Below are positions 27,216 to 42,416 of a DNA stretch of 64,000 nucleotides, piece by piece. Made by a program: the position numbers and the translations under genes. The stretch covers positions 1 through 64,000 of the forward strand of contig JBMORE010000152.1 in the NCBI GenBank assembly GCA_049322255.1, written 5' to 3'. Positions within the stretch are counted from its first letter, which is position 1. Each line of letters starts with the position of its first letter. The DNA comes from Myxococcota bacterium (GTDB lineage: Bacteria > Myxococcota > Myxococcia > Myxococcales > Myxococcaceae). Below the pieces are notes generated by a model. The model ran no database searches, was not told the origin of the DNA, and saw nothing but the letters and a program-made list of their open reading frames with translations.

Positions 27216-29651
27216 ATGCCTGTCGATGTACGAGCACGCGGAAAAGCCCTCTCCCTCTGGGAGAGGGTAAGGGTGAGGGGCGCCAGGCCCGCCGCCCTCG
27301 TACTCGTTCTCTTTGGCATCGCCGGAGCCATCTTCATCACCCTCCCTCTACCACGCGGCCTCCTCGACTACCGGCCCGTGTCCTCCGTGCGCATTCTCGA
27401 CCGGGACGGAGGCCTGTTACGCGAGCTCCTCTCCCGCACCGACGGCCGCTCGACACCCATCCGGGCGGAGGACATTCCCCCGCACGTCCGATCCGCCTTC
27501 ATCGCCGCCGAGGACAAGGGCTTCTATTCACACGGGGGCGTTTCGCCGACGTCGATTTGCCGTGCGGCCTGGCAGAACGTGAAGGCGGGGAGGGTGATGG
27601 CGGGCGGGTCGACGATCAGCCAGCAGCTGGCGCGAAACCTCATCCCCCGGGAGAGGACGCTTCTGGGCAAGGTGCAGGAGGCGCTGTGGGCGTTGCGGCT
27701 CGAGGCGCACCTGTCGAAGGAAGAAATCCTCACCCAGTATTTGAACCGGGTGCCTTTCGGGAACGGGACGTTTGGAATCGAAGCGGCCTCGAACCTCTAC
27801 TTCGGGCGGCGGGCGAAGCACCTGTCGCTGGCGCAGGCGGCGGTGCTGGCGTCGATTCCGCGCGGGCCGACGGCGTACAACCCCTACCGATCGCCCAAGC
27901 GGCTCCAAGGACGCCGCGAGTGGGTGCTGGAGCGAATGCGCATGCTGAAGCTGGTCTCGGCGGACGCCGCCGAGGCCGCCAAGCGGGAGCCGATCGATCT
28001 CCAAGCCTTCACGGCTTCTTTTCGCGCGCCGCACTTCGTCGACTACGTCGCCAGCCATCTCGAGGCGTGGGGGCTGGCCGAGGCGACGGTGATTGAAACC
28101 ACCCTCGACCCGAAGCTGCAGGAACAGCTGGAGGACCAAATCTCCCAGGAGCTCCACCAGCTCGAGGAGCGACGGGTCGGCTCGGCGGCGGCGCTGGTGA
28201 TCGACAACGCGTCTGGAGCGGTTCTCGCCTACCAAGGTTCGAAGAGCTTCTTCGATGAGGAGGTGCAGGGTCAGAACGACGGGGTGCAGATGCGGCGGCA
28301 GCCCGGCTCGGCGCTCAAGCCGTTCGTGTACGCCGAGGCGTTGGCGGGCGAGTACACGCCGGCGACCGTGGTGGCCGATCTGGAGATGCACTTCCCCGGC
28401 CGCAAGGGAGCGTACGCGCCGAAAAATTACGACAAGCGCACCCACGGGCCGGTTCGAGCGCGCGAGGCGTTGGCCAACAGCTACAACGTGCCGGCGGTGC
28501 GGCTGGCGGAGGCGCTTGGCCCCGAGCGCTTGCTGCATGTACTTCGTCGTGCAGGCTTCTCCTCGTTGACGCGCGACGCCGAGCACTATGGGCTGGGCCT
28601 CGTTCTGGGCAATGGTGAAGTCTCGCTGTGGGAGCTGGCGCGCGCGTATGCCGGCCTCGCGCGGGGTGGGGTGTTGCGACCGCTGCAGCCGATTCGGCGA
28701 GCGCTGAAGGCTGACGGGAGCGAGCTTCCGTTAGGTGAGGAATTGTCCCCGCGGCGCTTCGCCGACGCCGGCGCGGTCGCACTGGTGGCGGACATTCTCT
28801 CGGACAATGGAGCGAGGGCGCGCGCCTTTGGGTTGGACAACGCGCTCCGCTTGCCATTCCCCAGCGCGGCCAAGACCGGGACGTCGAAGGGCTACAGCGA
28901 CAACTGGACGGTTGGCTTCACCCACGAGCGCACGGTGGCGGTGTGGGCCGGCAACTTCGACGGCACTCCAATGGTGCAGGTATCGGGCATCACCGGCGCG
29001 GGACCCATCTACAAGCGGGTGATGGCGCGGGCGATGGCGGGCATTCAACCCGCTCCGCTCTTCGAACGCCGTGGGCTGGAGACGATGGAGATTTGCCCTC
29101 TCTCGGGAGAGCGGGCAGGCCCGGCCTGTCCCTCGGCGATGGAGGAGAAGTTCCTCGCCGGCACCGCGCCCACCCGCCCGTGCGCGATGCACGGAGCCCT
29201 GTCGCACTTGCTACCGCTTCAGCTGGCCGAGCGTTGTCGCGTTGTCGCCGGCCCTGATGGACGTGTCGTCGACTTAGGCCCCGAGTACTACGAGTGGGCG
29301 CGCGCAGAAGGGCTGGCAAAGGAGCCCTGGTTGGCGGCCACCTGCCTGGGCGCGGCCAGCGGCGAGGAGCGCCCGAGCATCCTTCTCCCCACCGACGGCG
29401 ACGAATACCTGCTCATCGCCGACTTGCCGTACTCCGATCAGACCATTCCCTTGCGGGTGCGCGCGCCGGCCAGCGCGGGCACGCTCGAAGTGCGGTTGGA
29501 TGGCGAGCTCTTCCTTCAGCTCCAGCCGCCGTTCTCCGGGCGCATTCCCGCGCGCAAGGGAGACCACGTGCTCAGCCTTCACCGCGTGGGCGAGGTGCCG
29601 CCACTTGCGCGCGTGCGCTTCCGTGTGCGGGGCGAGTCAGCCAACTTTTAA
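27216..29651 (+). CDS. pbpC: Penicillin-binding protein 1C
   Basis: AAEDKGFYSHGG, GGSTISQQLAR, RQPGSALKPF, SYN, KTGTS; directly after the A2M gene; alternative start GTG 27273. Confidence 0.95.
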   Translation: MPVDVRARGKALSLWERVRVRGARPAALVLVLFGIAGAIFITLPLPRGLLDYRPVSSVRILDRDGGLLRELLSRTDGRSTPIRAEDIPPHVRSAFIAAEDKGFYSHGGVSPTSICRAAWQNVKAGRVMAGGSTISQQLARNLIPRERTLLGKVQEALWALRLEAHLSKEEILTQYLNRVPFGNGTFGIEAASNLYFGRRAKHLSLAQAAVLASIPRGPTAYNPYRSPKRLQGRREWVLERMRMLKLVSADAAEAAKREPIDLQAFTASFRAPHFVDYVASHLEAWGLAEATVIETTLDPKLQEQLEDQISQELHQLEERRVGSAAALVIDNASGAVLAYQGSKSFFDEEVQGQNDGVQMRRQPGSALKPFVYAEALAGEYTPATVVADLEMHFPGRKGAYAPKNYDKRTHGPVRAREALANSYNVPAVRLAEALGPERLLHVLRRAGFSSLTRDAEHYGLGLVLGNGEVSLWELARAYAGLARGGVLRPLQPIRRALKADGSELPLGEELSPRRFADAGAVALVADILSDNGARARAFGLDNALRLPFPSAAKTGTSKGYSDNWTVGFTHERTVAVWAGNFDGTPMVQVSGITGAGPIYKRVMARAMAGIQPAPLFERRGLETMEICPLSGERAGPACPSAMEEKFLAGTAPTRPCAMHGALSHLLPLQLAERCRVVAGPDGRVVDLGPEYYEWARAEGLAKEPWLAATCLGAASGEERPSILLPTDGDEYLLIADLPYSDQTIPLRVRAPASAGTLEVRLDGELFLQLQPPFSGRIPARKGDHVLSLHRVGEVPPLARVRFRVRGESANF
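27247..27280 (+). repeat. REP-like palindrome copy 4 (in pbpC 5' end)
   Basis: CCCTCTCCCTCTGGGAGAGGGTAAGGGTGAGGGG, translated as LSLWERVRVRG. Confidence 0.9.
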
Positions 29652-29653
29652 AG

Positions 29654-30334
29654 TCAGCAAAGAACGCGGTTGGCGTCACATACACGGCCATAAGCCGCGG
29701 CGAGATGGCGCATCATCACCGCGCCCGCCTCGTCAGCGGTGCGGCCGAAGACGACGATGCCGTCCTCATGTCCGCCCATCGCCAGAATGCGCACCTCGGG
29801 CAAGGTCGACTGCTGGTACAGCGTCTCCACCGCGCGCGCCATTTGGGGCGTGCCGTACGGCACCTCGGGAGGGGTGGTGGGAATCTTCAGCTCCTTCGCT
29901 TGTCGCCAGATGATGGGCGAGTGCGCGTGCAAGACGTAGCGGACGGAAGGGGCGAGGTCGTAGAGGGCTCCGTGGGTCATCGACTCGGAGGAGGGGAGGA
30001 TTTCCCCGAAGCTGTCCACCTCGTTGCGCGAGACGTCGTAGCGCGTCACCACGCAAAACTGCCCCAAGCCCATGCACGCGCTGCCCCCGGTCTGGGTGCC
30101 GGTGATGAGAAAGCGCCTTCGGCCGCGGCCGGTTTCACCGAAGGGAGGCACCCGGGCGCTCACGTTCCCGTAGCCCGCGCCGCCGTAGAGCCTCGGGTCC
30201 TGACCCACCAGGCCGGTCTGGGCGAGAATCTCCCGCCAGGCGATGAGCTCGCAGGCGGTGGAGAGGTAAGTGCGCTCCTCGAGCGCGCGCGTTTCGTGCC
30301 GCGCGGCGAATTTGATGACGCCCTCGTCGTACAT
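29654..30334 (-). CDS. Class II aldolase/adducin family protein
   Basis: MYDEGVIKF, GYGNVSAR, FLITGTQTG, PSSESMTHG, HAHS, GHEDG. Confidence 0.9.
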   Translation of the reverse strand: MYDEGVIKFAARHETRALEERTYLSTACELIAWREILAQTGLVGQDPRLYGGAGYGNVSARVPPFGETGRGRRRFLITGTQTGGSACMGLGQFCVVTRYDVSRNEVDSFGEILPSSESMTHGALYDLAPSVRYVLHAHSPIIWRQAKELKIPTTPPEVPYGTPQMARAVETLYQQSTLPEVRILAMGGHEDGIVVFGRTADEAGAVMMRHLAAAYGRVCDANRVLC

Positions 30335-30426
30335 CGCGGGCGGACGTATATCAGCCCGGCCCGATGCCAAGGGGAGCGGGAGGGAGGAAACCCGCACTTG
30401 GGCAGCCGTGCCCTGGGCTTCGCTGC

Positions 30427-30936
30427 TCAAGGGGCCAGCGCGCGCTTGCTCTGACGGTCGAGCGTCCAGCTCTCCAACATCAGCAGCGCGATGCCGGCGA
30501 TGATCGCCAGGTCGGCCACATTGAACACGCCGGTGCGAAGGGGGCCGATGCCCATGTTCATGAAGTCGACCACCAAGCCGTCGTGGGTGGCGCGGTCGAC
30601 CCAGTTGCTGATGCCGCCGCCGCCGATCAGCGCGTAGCCGATGACCTGGGCGCGGTGGAGTTTGGGGCTCAAGAGCGTGTAGAGCACGATGCCCACCAGG
30701 AGCAACCCGACGATGACGGTGAGGATCCAAAAACGCGCAGCGTCCGGCAGCGAGGCTCCCAGCGAGAGAAAGGCTCCCCGGTTCTCGGCGTAGACCAGGC
30801 GGAAGGTGTCTCCCAGGTACGAATACGCCGGCGCCGACTTGAGCGTGTGAGTGGCGATGCGCTTGGTGGCTTGGTCGCAGCCTACGGTGAGCAGCAGGGT
30901 TATCGCGGTCCAGAGGATGCGTTGAGGCGTCTTCAC
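30427..30936 (-). CDS. lspA: Lipoprotein signal peptidase II
   Basis: DQATK, NRGAFLS, GGISNWVDR, VVDFM, FNVAD; GTG start after GAGG. Confidence 0.95.
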   Translation of the reverse strand: MKTPQRILWTAITLLLTVGCDQATKRIATHTLKSAPAYSYLGDTFRLVYAENRGAFLSLGASLPDAARFWILTVIVGLLLVGIVLYTLLSPKLHRAQVIGYALIGGGGISNWVDRATHDGLVVDFMNMGIGPLRTGVFNVADLAIIAGIALLMLESWTLDRQSKRALAP

Positions 30937-30968
30937 GACGGCCTCGTATAGCCGCTCGCGCGACGTCG

Positions 30969-31787
30969 TCAAAACACTCCGGAGACGCAAACACCGTTGG
31001 GTGCCGGTGCGACGGTCAGCTGCGACAACGCGCCGGTGCGGTGGTGAAAGAGGGTCGGCAGCGCGTAGCCGAAGGTCGCTCCCACCGCCGAGCCCACGAG
31101 CACGTCGGTGAGGTAATGCCGGTCGGAAGCCATGCGCAAAAGCGGCACCGAGACGGCGAGGGGTAACCCCACCGCCCACACCAACCAGGCGCGCCGGTAA
31201 CCCCGCAGCTGGGCCACCCGGCCGGCCGCCACAGTGACGGCGAAGGCGAACGTGGAGTGCCCGCTGAAGAAGGAGAGGTTGTTGTCCGCCGGGTCGCGCA
31301 CCGCTGCTTTCTCCTCAGGGGAAAGCGCACTGACGAAGGGGCGCTCGCGGCCGACGGAGAACTTCACCACCTGGTTGAAGACGAGCGCGGCCCCGGTGGC
31401 TTGCAAGATGAGCAGCGCGTCGATCGCCGCCGTCGGTGTGCTCCCGTGCGAGGAGGCGAAGTAGAGATCGAGGCCCAAAAGTGACACTGGCAGAAGCCCA
31501 AACCCCACCACGTTGCTCGCCATGTCCATGGTGAGCAGCCACTCTGGCCCGGTGCGAATGCCACGCGCCCAGGTATCGAGCGCGTTCGCCTCACACCACC
31601 GACAGACTGGAGGCGAGAGGGAGTGCTTGAAGACCGCCTCCGTCGCCAGCCAGCTCGCCCACAGCGCGCCGGTGATGGCTCCGTCCACCTTTACGTCATG
31701 GCGGAGCTCGTACAGCGCGGGTGTTGCGGAAGTTTCAGGGTCGGGTGAGGTTCCGAGCAGTCCCACCGAGAGCACAAGCGCAAGCAT
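30969..31787 (-). CDS. PAP2 family phosphatase
   Basis: KFSVGRERP, SFFSGH, RMASDRHYLTDV. Confidence 0.92.
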   Translation of the reverse strand: MLALVLSVGLLGTSPDPETSATPALYELRHDVKVDGAITGALWASWLATEAVFKHSLSPPVCRWCEANALDTWARGIRTGPEWLLTMDMASNVVGFGLLPVSLLGLDLYFASSHGSTPTAAIDALLILQATGAALVFNQVVKFSVGRERPFVSALSPEEKAAVRDPADNNLSFFSGHSTFAFAVTVAAGRVAQLRGYRRAWLVWAVGLPLAVSVPLLRMASDRHYLTDVLVGSAVGATFGYALPTLFHHRTGALSQLTVAPAPNGVCVSGVF

Positions 31788-31935
31788 CGTGCTCGCAGTC
31801 TACATGGTGGTGCCCAATTGAGGATTTATGGGTAGCAACGCTACATTTCGCTCAATCCCGCCGGGGAAGACTCTTGGGATTCTTGGCTATTCCGGGCGCG
31901 GCGGTTTTTCAGCCGGGGCTGAGCTGCCACCATGT

Positions 31936-31960
31936 CGGCATTTTTCCGGTATAAATGCCG
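31936..31960. promoter_or_regulatory. Inverted repeat (operator/promoter) before the DUF4143 relic
   Basis: CGGCATTT-N9-AAATGCCG containing TATAAAT; ends 3 nt before ATG 31964. Confidence 0.6.
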
Positions 31961-31963
31961 GCG

Positions 31964-32212
31964 ATGTTTCAACGGATACTCAAGGCTCCCGAGGAGTCGA
32001 CCCAAAAGCGCCGCTTCGTGCTCTCGGGCTCCAGCGCCAGGAAGATCAAGCGTGGTGCGAGCAACCTGCTCGCCGGGCGCGCGCTGAGGGCGGATTTCTT
32101 TCCTCTGGTTTCCGCCGAGATCGGCGCCGCGCCGTCCCTGGATTGAATCCCTTTCGGGATGCTTCCTCGGGTCGTCGGCCTAGCGCGGCCGCGCGCCTAC
32201 CTCGATGACTGA
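31964..32212 (+). pseudogene. Internally deleted, truncated AAA+/DUF4143 ATPase relic
   Basis: MFQRILKAPEES / RFVLSGSSARKIKRGASNLLAGRAL...*IPFGMLP...AYL aligns to the intact paralog at 53211; Walker A/B segment missing; stop at 32144. Confidence 0.8.
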
Positions 32213-32274
32213 CGCACGGGCGAGCACCATTCCGCCTGTCCGGCGTCGGAGCGCGCGCCTAGACTGCGCGCTTC

Positions 32275-35200
32275 ATGCCGCGGGCAGGCAGAACGATTCG
32301 GGTCTACCCGGATGCCGAGAGGGTCGAGCAGGCGCTGGTCGACGCCGCCGTGGCGAACGCGGGCTTCGTCGACGCGTCGGCGTTCTTTTCCTTCGCCCAG
32401 CTCGTGCAGGCCTGCGAGGGAGGGCGGCACTTGGGCCGCCGCCCGGCCTCTCCTCTCACCGCGCGGGTGGTGCTCTGGGCGGCCGCGCACAAGCTTCCTC
32501 CGGGCCCTTTCCGCGGCTTCGTCAACGAGCCGGCCTTCGCACGTGCTGCCCTCGAGCTGATCTTCGATCTCAAGGCTGCCTCCTGTGGCGTGGAAGAGCT
32601 CGCCCAGGCGGTGAAGAAGTTCCCTGAGGCGCGCCGGGAGCGCGGGGAGCTCCTCGCAGGGCTGTACGGCGCCTACGAGAAGCAGATGGCGAAGCTGACG
32701 CTCGCCGATCGCGAAGACGTGCTCTCGGCGGCGGAGGCGGTGCTGATTTCCCATGGGCTTCCGAAGAAGCTCGTCGGTGCCACCGCGCTTGAAATGAACG
32801 ACGTCTATGACTTCTCGCCCCGTCGGCTGCAGTTCGTGCTCGCGTTGGCCGCGCAGTGCCAGAAGGCCAAGGTCGATTTTCGGCTCGAGCTTCCCGCGGC
32901 CGGGACAGCGGCCATCGACGCAGCGGTGCACGCGGTGGCGCGCGAGTTCGAGAAGCGTTGGAAAGACCTCGAGGTCGACCTCGTCTACCGCGACCTCTCG
33001 CTGGAGGACCGTCCGCTGGCCCGCCTGGGGCGTTCGCTCTTCTCCGATGGTGGCGAAGCACAAACGGCCCCGGAGCTCTCCTCTTTCAGCGCTGCGACTC
33101 CCCGCGACGAAGCCCGCCACATCGCTCGCCGCATTCGCCGCTTGGTCGACGAGGGAACCCCGCCCGAGCAAATCGCGGTGGCCTATCGAGACCTCTCCGA
33201 GGAAGCCGAGCTGCTCGGAGAAGCGCTCGACGAGGTCGGGCTTCTGGCACGCATTCGCCTCGGGGCTCCACTCGCTTCGACATCGGTAGGCCGGCTCGCG
33301 CTCGAGCTGCCGCTCTTGGTCGACGACGCGTTTCCGGTCGAGCAGGTGGTGCGCTTCCTCGAGAGTCGCTACACGCCGGAGATCTCCCGCGGCATGCCTG
33401 ACTCGCCGGCGGCGCTCCTGTCGTTGGCTTCGGTACGGGACGATCGCATCGGGGCGGTGGGCGAACGGGGCGCCTACGAAGTCCGCTTGGAGGGTCTGGC
33501 GTCCCGGCTGGAGCAAAGCGGCCGTGCGGAGAAGGCGCGCGCGGTCAAGAAGGTTCTCGACGGAGCGCAGAAGCTCCTGCAGCTCGGGCGCAAGCTGCCT
33601 GTCGAGGCGAAGGCGTCGAAGCTGCTCGACACCTGGTGGGGCTGCGTGGAGGGGCTGGGCCTGTTCGAGGCGGTGCGAAAGGGTGAGCCGCGCGCGGCCG
33701 AGGGGACCGCGCTGGGCAAGGCGGTCATCCGTGCGCTTGCTCGAGACCAGGCGGCTTCCGAAGCGCTGCGAGAGCTCACCGCCGAGCTCGACGGGGCGCT
33801 TCGCCAGTCGGGAGCGGGCGGGCAGTCGATGGCGCGGCGCGCCTTCGCTCGGTGGCTGGCCGACGCGGCGGCCGATTTCAACCTCCTCCCCAAGGGTCCG
33901 CGGGCGGGCGCGGTGCGGGTGCTCGATGTGCGTGAGCTGGTCGGAGCGCGCTTCGCCCACGTCTTCGTTGCCGGGCTCGTCGATGGCCGTTTTCCTGGCC
34001 GCGCCCACCCGCATGCGCTCTTTACCGAGGAGGACCGCGCGCGCACCAATGCCGCGCTGGGGCGTGAGGTATTCCGGCTCTCCACCAACGAGGGGACGCG
34101 CTTGCCCTGGCGGCTCGCGGAGGATCGGCTCCTTCTGCATCAAGCGCTGGCTGCGGCGACGAAGACGGCGACGCTCTCCTTCGCGCGCAGGGGCGTGTCC
34201 GGCCAGGAGCAGCTGGCCTCGCCGTTTCTCGACGAGCTCGCCCGGGTGGCCTCGTTGTGTGTGGAGCCGGTGCCCGAACGGCCGGTGGCACTCCTGGAGG
34301 AGGTCACCTTCGAGAACGAGCTGCGTGAACGCGTGTCGCTGGAGGCGTTCGGGCGCATCGAGCTACGCACCTCCGAGCCCGACCCGGCGCGCGCCTTATT
34401 GGCCCAGCGCTTCGCCGCCGAAGAGTGGTTTCGCGCCGCGGGCAGCCTGGCGGCGATCGAGGAAGAGCGCCTGCGTTTCTTTTCCAACCCGAGCCAGCCT
34501 CCGCTTTCCTTCAGCGGGAGGGTCGATGACGCTTCGCTCGTCGAGGTGCTGCGCCAGGTGTTCGACTTCGGGCCCCAGCGGCCGGTGTCCGCCACCCAGC
34601 TGGCGCGCTTCGGCAACTGCGCCTTTCAGGGCTTCCTCGCCCACGCCCTCGGGTTGGAGGAGCCGGAGCTCCCCGGAGAGGAGATGGGCCCGCGGGAGCG
34701 CGGTTCGTACTGGCACAAGGTGCTCGAGCTGCTCTTTCCGCGGCTGCGCGACGAAGGCCTCCTGCGCCGGCCGGTGCAGGACGTTCCCGACGCGCTCCTC
34801 GATGACGTGCTGGCGGCGGCATCGGCCGAGCTCGAGCGTCGCGGCCACGTAGGCCACCCGGCGCTGTGGCGCATCGGTCGCGAACGCGCGCGGTCCATGG
34901 TGCAGCGGGTGCTGGCGGCGGAGGGTCAGGGGCTCCCCTTCGAGGGGCATGTGCCCAAGCACACCGAGCTCGTGTTCGGCCGTTCGGGCGCCGCGCCTGG
35001 TTGGGAAGAAGTGGTGCTTCCTGCCGCGGAAGCAGACGAGGTGCCAGTACATGTTGCGGGAAGCATCGATCGGCTGGACATGGCGAGCGCCGACGTGGGC
35101 GTCGTCGACTACAAGGCTGGCCGGAGCAAGGCCCCCACCAAGCACTACGAAGAGCTTCTCTCCGTCGAGTTTCAGTTGCCGCTCTACCTCTACGCGGCGA

Positions 35201-35500
35201 AGTCGAGCGGGAACGCAAAGGCGCTGCGGGCGGCGTGGCTTTCGTTGCGCGACGGCGAAACCGTCGATTTCGGTGCGGTGCTCGACAAGGCGGGGCAGTC
35301 GCTGGAAGAGCTTCTCGCCATCGGCATCGAGGCGCGGCGTGTCCTGCAACGGGAAGGAAAGAAAAACCTCGCCAACGCGGTGCACGGGCTGGCGAAGGGG
35401 CTGCGCGCAGGCAACTTTCCCGCAAGGCCAGAGGACTGCGACCGCTGCTCTTTTCGTGCGGTGTGCCGTATCACCGAGCGTCGCTTTCAGGAGAGGCACG

Positions 35501-35508
<8 letters not shown>
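32275..35508 (+). CDS. addB: AddB/RexB-like subunit: inactive helicase plus C-terminal PD-(D/E)XK nuclease with Fe-S staple
   Basis: SATQLARFGNCAF, RGSYWH, GSIDRLD, VVDYK, FQLPLY, CDRCSFRAVC; coupled to the downstream helicase gene. Confidence 0.85.
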
Positions 35509-40517
<5,009 letters not shown>

Positions 40518-40586
40518 TTGACGTTCGCGCGCCGCTCGGGATTCTGGTAGCAAATGCCCCTTCGACCTCGACTCATGGAGGCCCCG

Positions 40587-41945
40587 ATGTCCAGGAGTGT
40601 TGCTTCGTTTGCGTTCGTCCTCGTGCTCGCCGCCGTCCCTTCGATGGCTGCGGCGCCCTCCGCCAAGGCCAAGGCCGCGTTCGATCGGGCGGAGAACGCG
40701 CTCGCCGCCAACCAGCTCGACGATGCGGTGGCCGCCTACCGGGAGGCGATCGCAGCCACTTTGGGCTATGCCGCCGCGCTCAACGGGCTGGGCAGCGCGT
40801 ACTTCAAGCAGGGCAAAAGAGAAGACGGCATCGTTCAGTTCAAGCTGGCCATCGAGGCCGACCCGGCCTTCAAGCTCGCGTACTTCAACTTGGGTTACGC
40901 GGCGCGCAAGGTGGGAGACTTCGCCACCGCCGCCACCGCCTACGAGAAGTACACCTCCCTCGCTCCGGACGACCCCGATGGTTTCTACGGGTTGGGTGAG
41001 AGCTACAAGCAGCTCAACCAGCCCCAGAAGGCGATCGCCGCCTACGAGACGTTTCTTCAAAAGGAGAAGCGGCCCTCGGAACAGAAGTGGATCGACAAGG
41101 CCAAGGAGAGCATCACCGCGTTGAAGACGGCGCCTTCTTCGCCACCCACCCAGCCGACGACGGTGGCGCAGCCCGCGCCCGGTTCGCCGCCGGTAACCAG
41201 CGCGCACCCGCCGCAGCCGGCCAGCTCCGCCACGCCTGCCCCGGAGATAGCGGCCAAGCGGGTTGCCGATGGTGACGGTTTGATGAAGGAAAAGAAGTAC
41301 CGCGAGGCGTCGTTCGCTTATCAGGACGCCGCCAACGCCGACCCGAACAACGTCGAGGCGCTCTTCAAGCTGGGCAACACCTACGCCGTCCTGGGGTACT
41401 ACGCCCAGGCCATCGAACGGTGGAACCGGGTTTCCCAGCTGACTCCCGACCCGGCGATCAAGAAGAGCGCACAAGACAACATTGCCAAGGCGCAGTCGAA
41501 GATTGCCGCGCTCGGAGGCGGTTCTCCCCAAGCGCAAGGCCGCGGCCCCGGTTCTGGGCCGGTCGCCGAATCCACCCGGGTTCAAGCGCGCGGCTACTAC
41601 GAGCAGGGTGTGCGGGACATCAACGCCCGGAACTATGCGGCGGCGATCTCCAGCCTCTCGACCGCCATTCAGCTCGAGCCCAGCCTGACGGTGGCGTACA
41701 TTGCCCGCGGTAGCGCGCACATCGGGCTGCGCCGCTTCAACGAGGCTGCTGCCGACTACCAGTACGCGTTGCGGCTCGACGAGAGCATGGCTTCGCCTCT
41801 GTACGGCTTGGCCGAGGCCTACCGCGCCATGGGCCGCGGCTCCGAGGCGCGCAGCTATTACGAGAAGTACGTGGCCTCGTCGGCTCCGGACGTGCGCACC
41901 GAGCTCCAATCGGAGGCCCGGGCCAAAGCCGAGCGTCTTCGCTAG
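40587..41945 (+). CDS. Secreted multi-TPR protein
   Basis: RBS GGAGG, signal peptide, three TPR clusters separated by Pro-rich linkers. Confidence 0.9.
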   Translation: MSRSVASFAFVLVLAAVPSMAAAPSAKAKAAFDRAENALAANQLDDAVAAYREAIAATLGYAAALNGLGSAYFKQGKREDGIVQFKLAIEADPAFKLAYFNLGYAARKVGDFATAATAYEKYTSLAPDDPDGFYGLGESYKQLNQPQKAIAAYETFLQKEKRPSEQKWIDKAKESITALKTAPSSPPTQPTTVAQPAPGSPPVTSAHPPQPASSATPAPEIAAKRVADGDGLMKEKKYREASFAYQDAANADPNNVEALFKLGNTYAVLGYYAQAIERWNRVSQLTPDPAIKKSAQDNIAKAQSKIAALGGGSPQAQGRGPGSGPVAESTRVQARGYYEQGVRDINARNYAAAISSLSTAIQLEPSLTVAYIARGSAHIGLRRFNEAAADYQYALRLDESMASPLYGLAEAYRAMGRGSEARSYYEKYVASSAPDVRTELQSEARAKAERLR

Positions 41946-42000
41946 GAAAGTAGGGAGGGGCACGGTGGCGCGGTGCCGCGTGCGGCACTACCGTTCATTC

Positions 42001-42414
42001 GTGCCCGCGCCTGACCGACAAGTCTTTCGGCCTCGTCTCGAGCTGGGGCTTGCCGTGGCGCTTGCCGCGCTCCTGTGGTGCGCTGCTCTCGGGTACTTGC
42101 TGGCCTTCGGTGGGGTGCCGGTCGAGACGGTGCTGTCGGCGGCGCTCTTCGCGGCTTTCTTCTCAGGGTCGGTGCTCTACTACGTGCGCACCGCCATCGT
42201 GCTCGACCCCGGCGGCGTCACCTACCGGGGCATGGTGCGCACCCAGCGCTTTTCGTTCAGCGACATTCGCAAGGTGGACGTGGTGCCGGGCTTCATCACC
42301 GTCTACGCCATTCGCGCCCGTGGCCGGCACGTGCACTTCACCAGTTTCTTTCGCCATCACCGGCGGTTGATGGAGCTGCTCGTCGAACGGGCAGGCCTTA
42401 CCGCCTCCGCGTGA
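42001..42414 (+). CDS. Small membrane protein with bacterial PH-like domain
   Basis: Two TM helices then IVLDPGGVTYRG...FSFSDI; GTG start 6 nt after TACCGT. Confidence 0.75.
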   Translation: MPAPDRQVFRPRLELGLAVALAALLWCAALGYLLAFGGVPVETVLSAALFAAFFSGSVLYYVRTAIVLDPGGVTYRGMVRTQRFSFSDIRKVDVVPGFITVYAIRARGRHVHFTSFFRHHRRLMELLVERAGLTASA

Positions 42415-42416
42415 CG

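Noticed and set aside
21226..29651. Alpha-2-macroglobulin plus pbpC as a new defence system
   Set aside because: Well-described operon pairing in Gram-negative bacteria.
30366..30392. Additional degenerate REP copies (here and at about 53157-53174)
   Set aside because: Only partial purine-rich similarity with no intact hairpin; cannot be supported.
31788..32274. Structured ncRNA or riboswitch in the long intergenic gap
   Set aside because: Most of it is explained by the DUF4143 pseudogene and its leader; no known RNA motif recognised.
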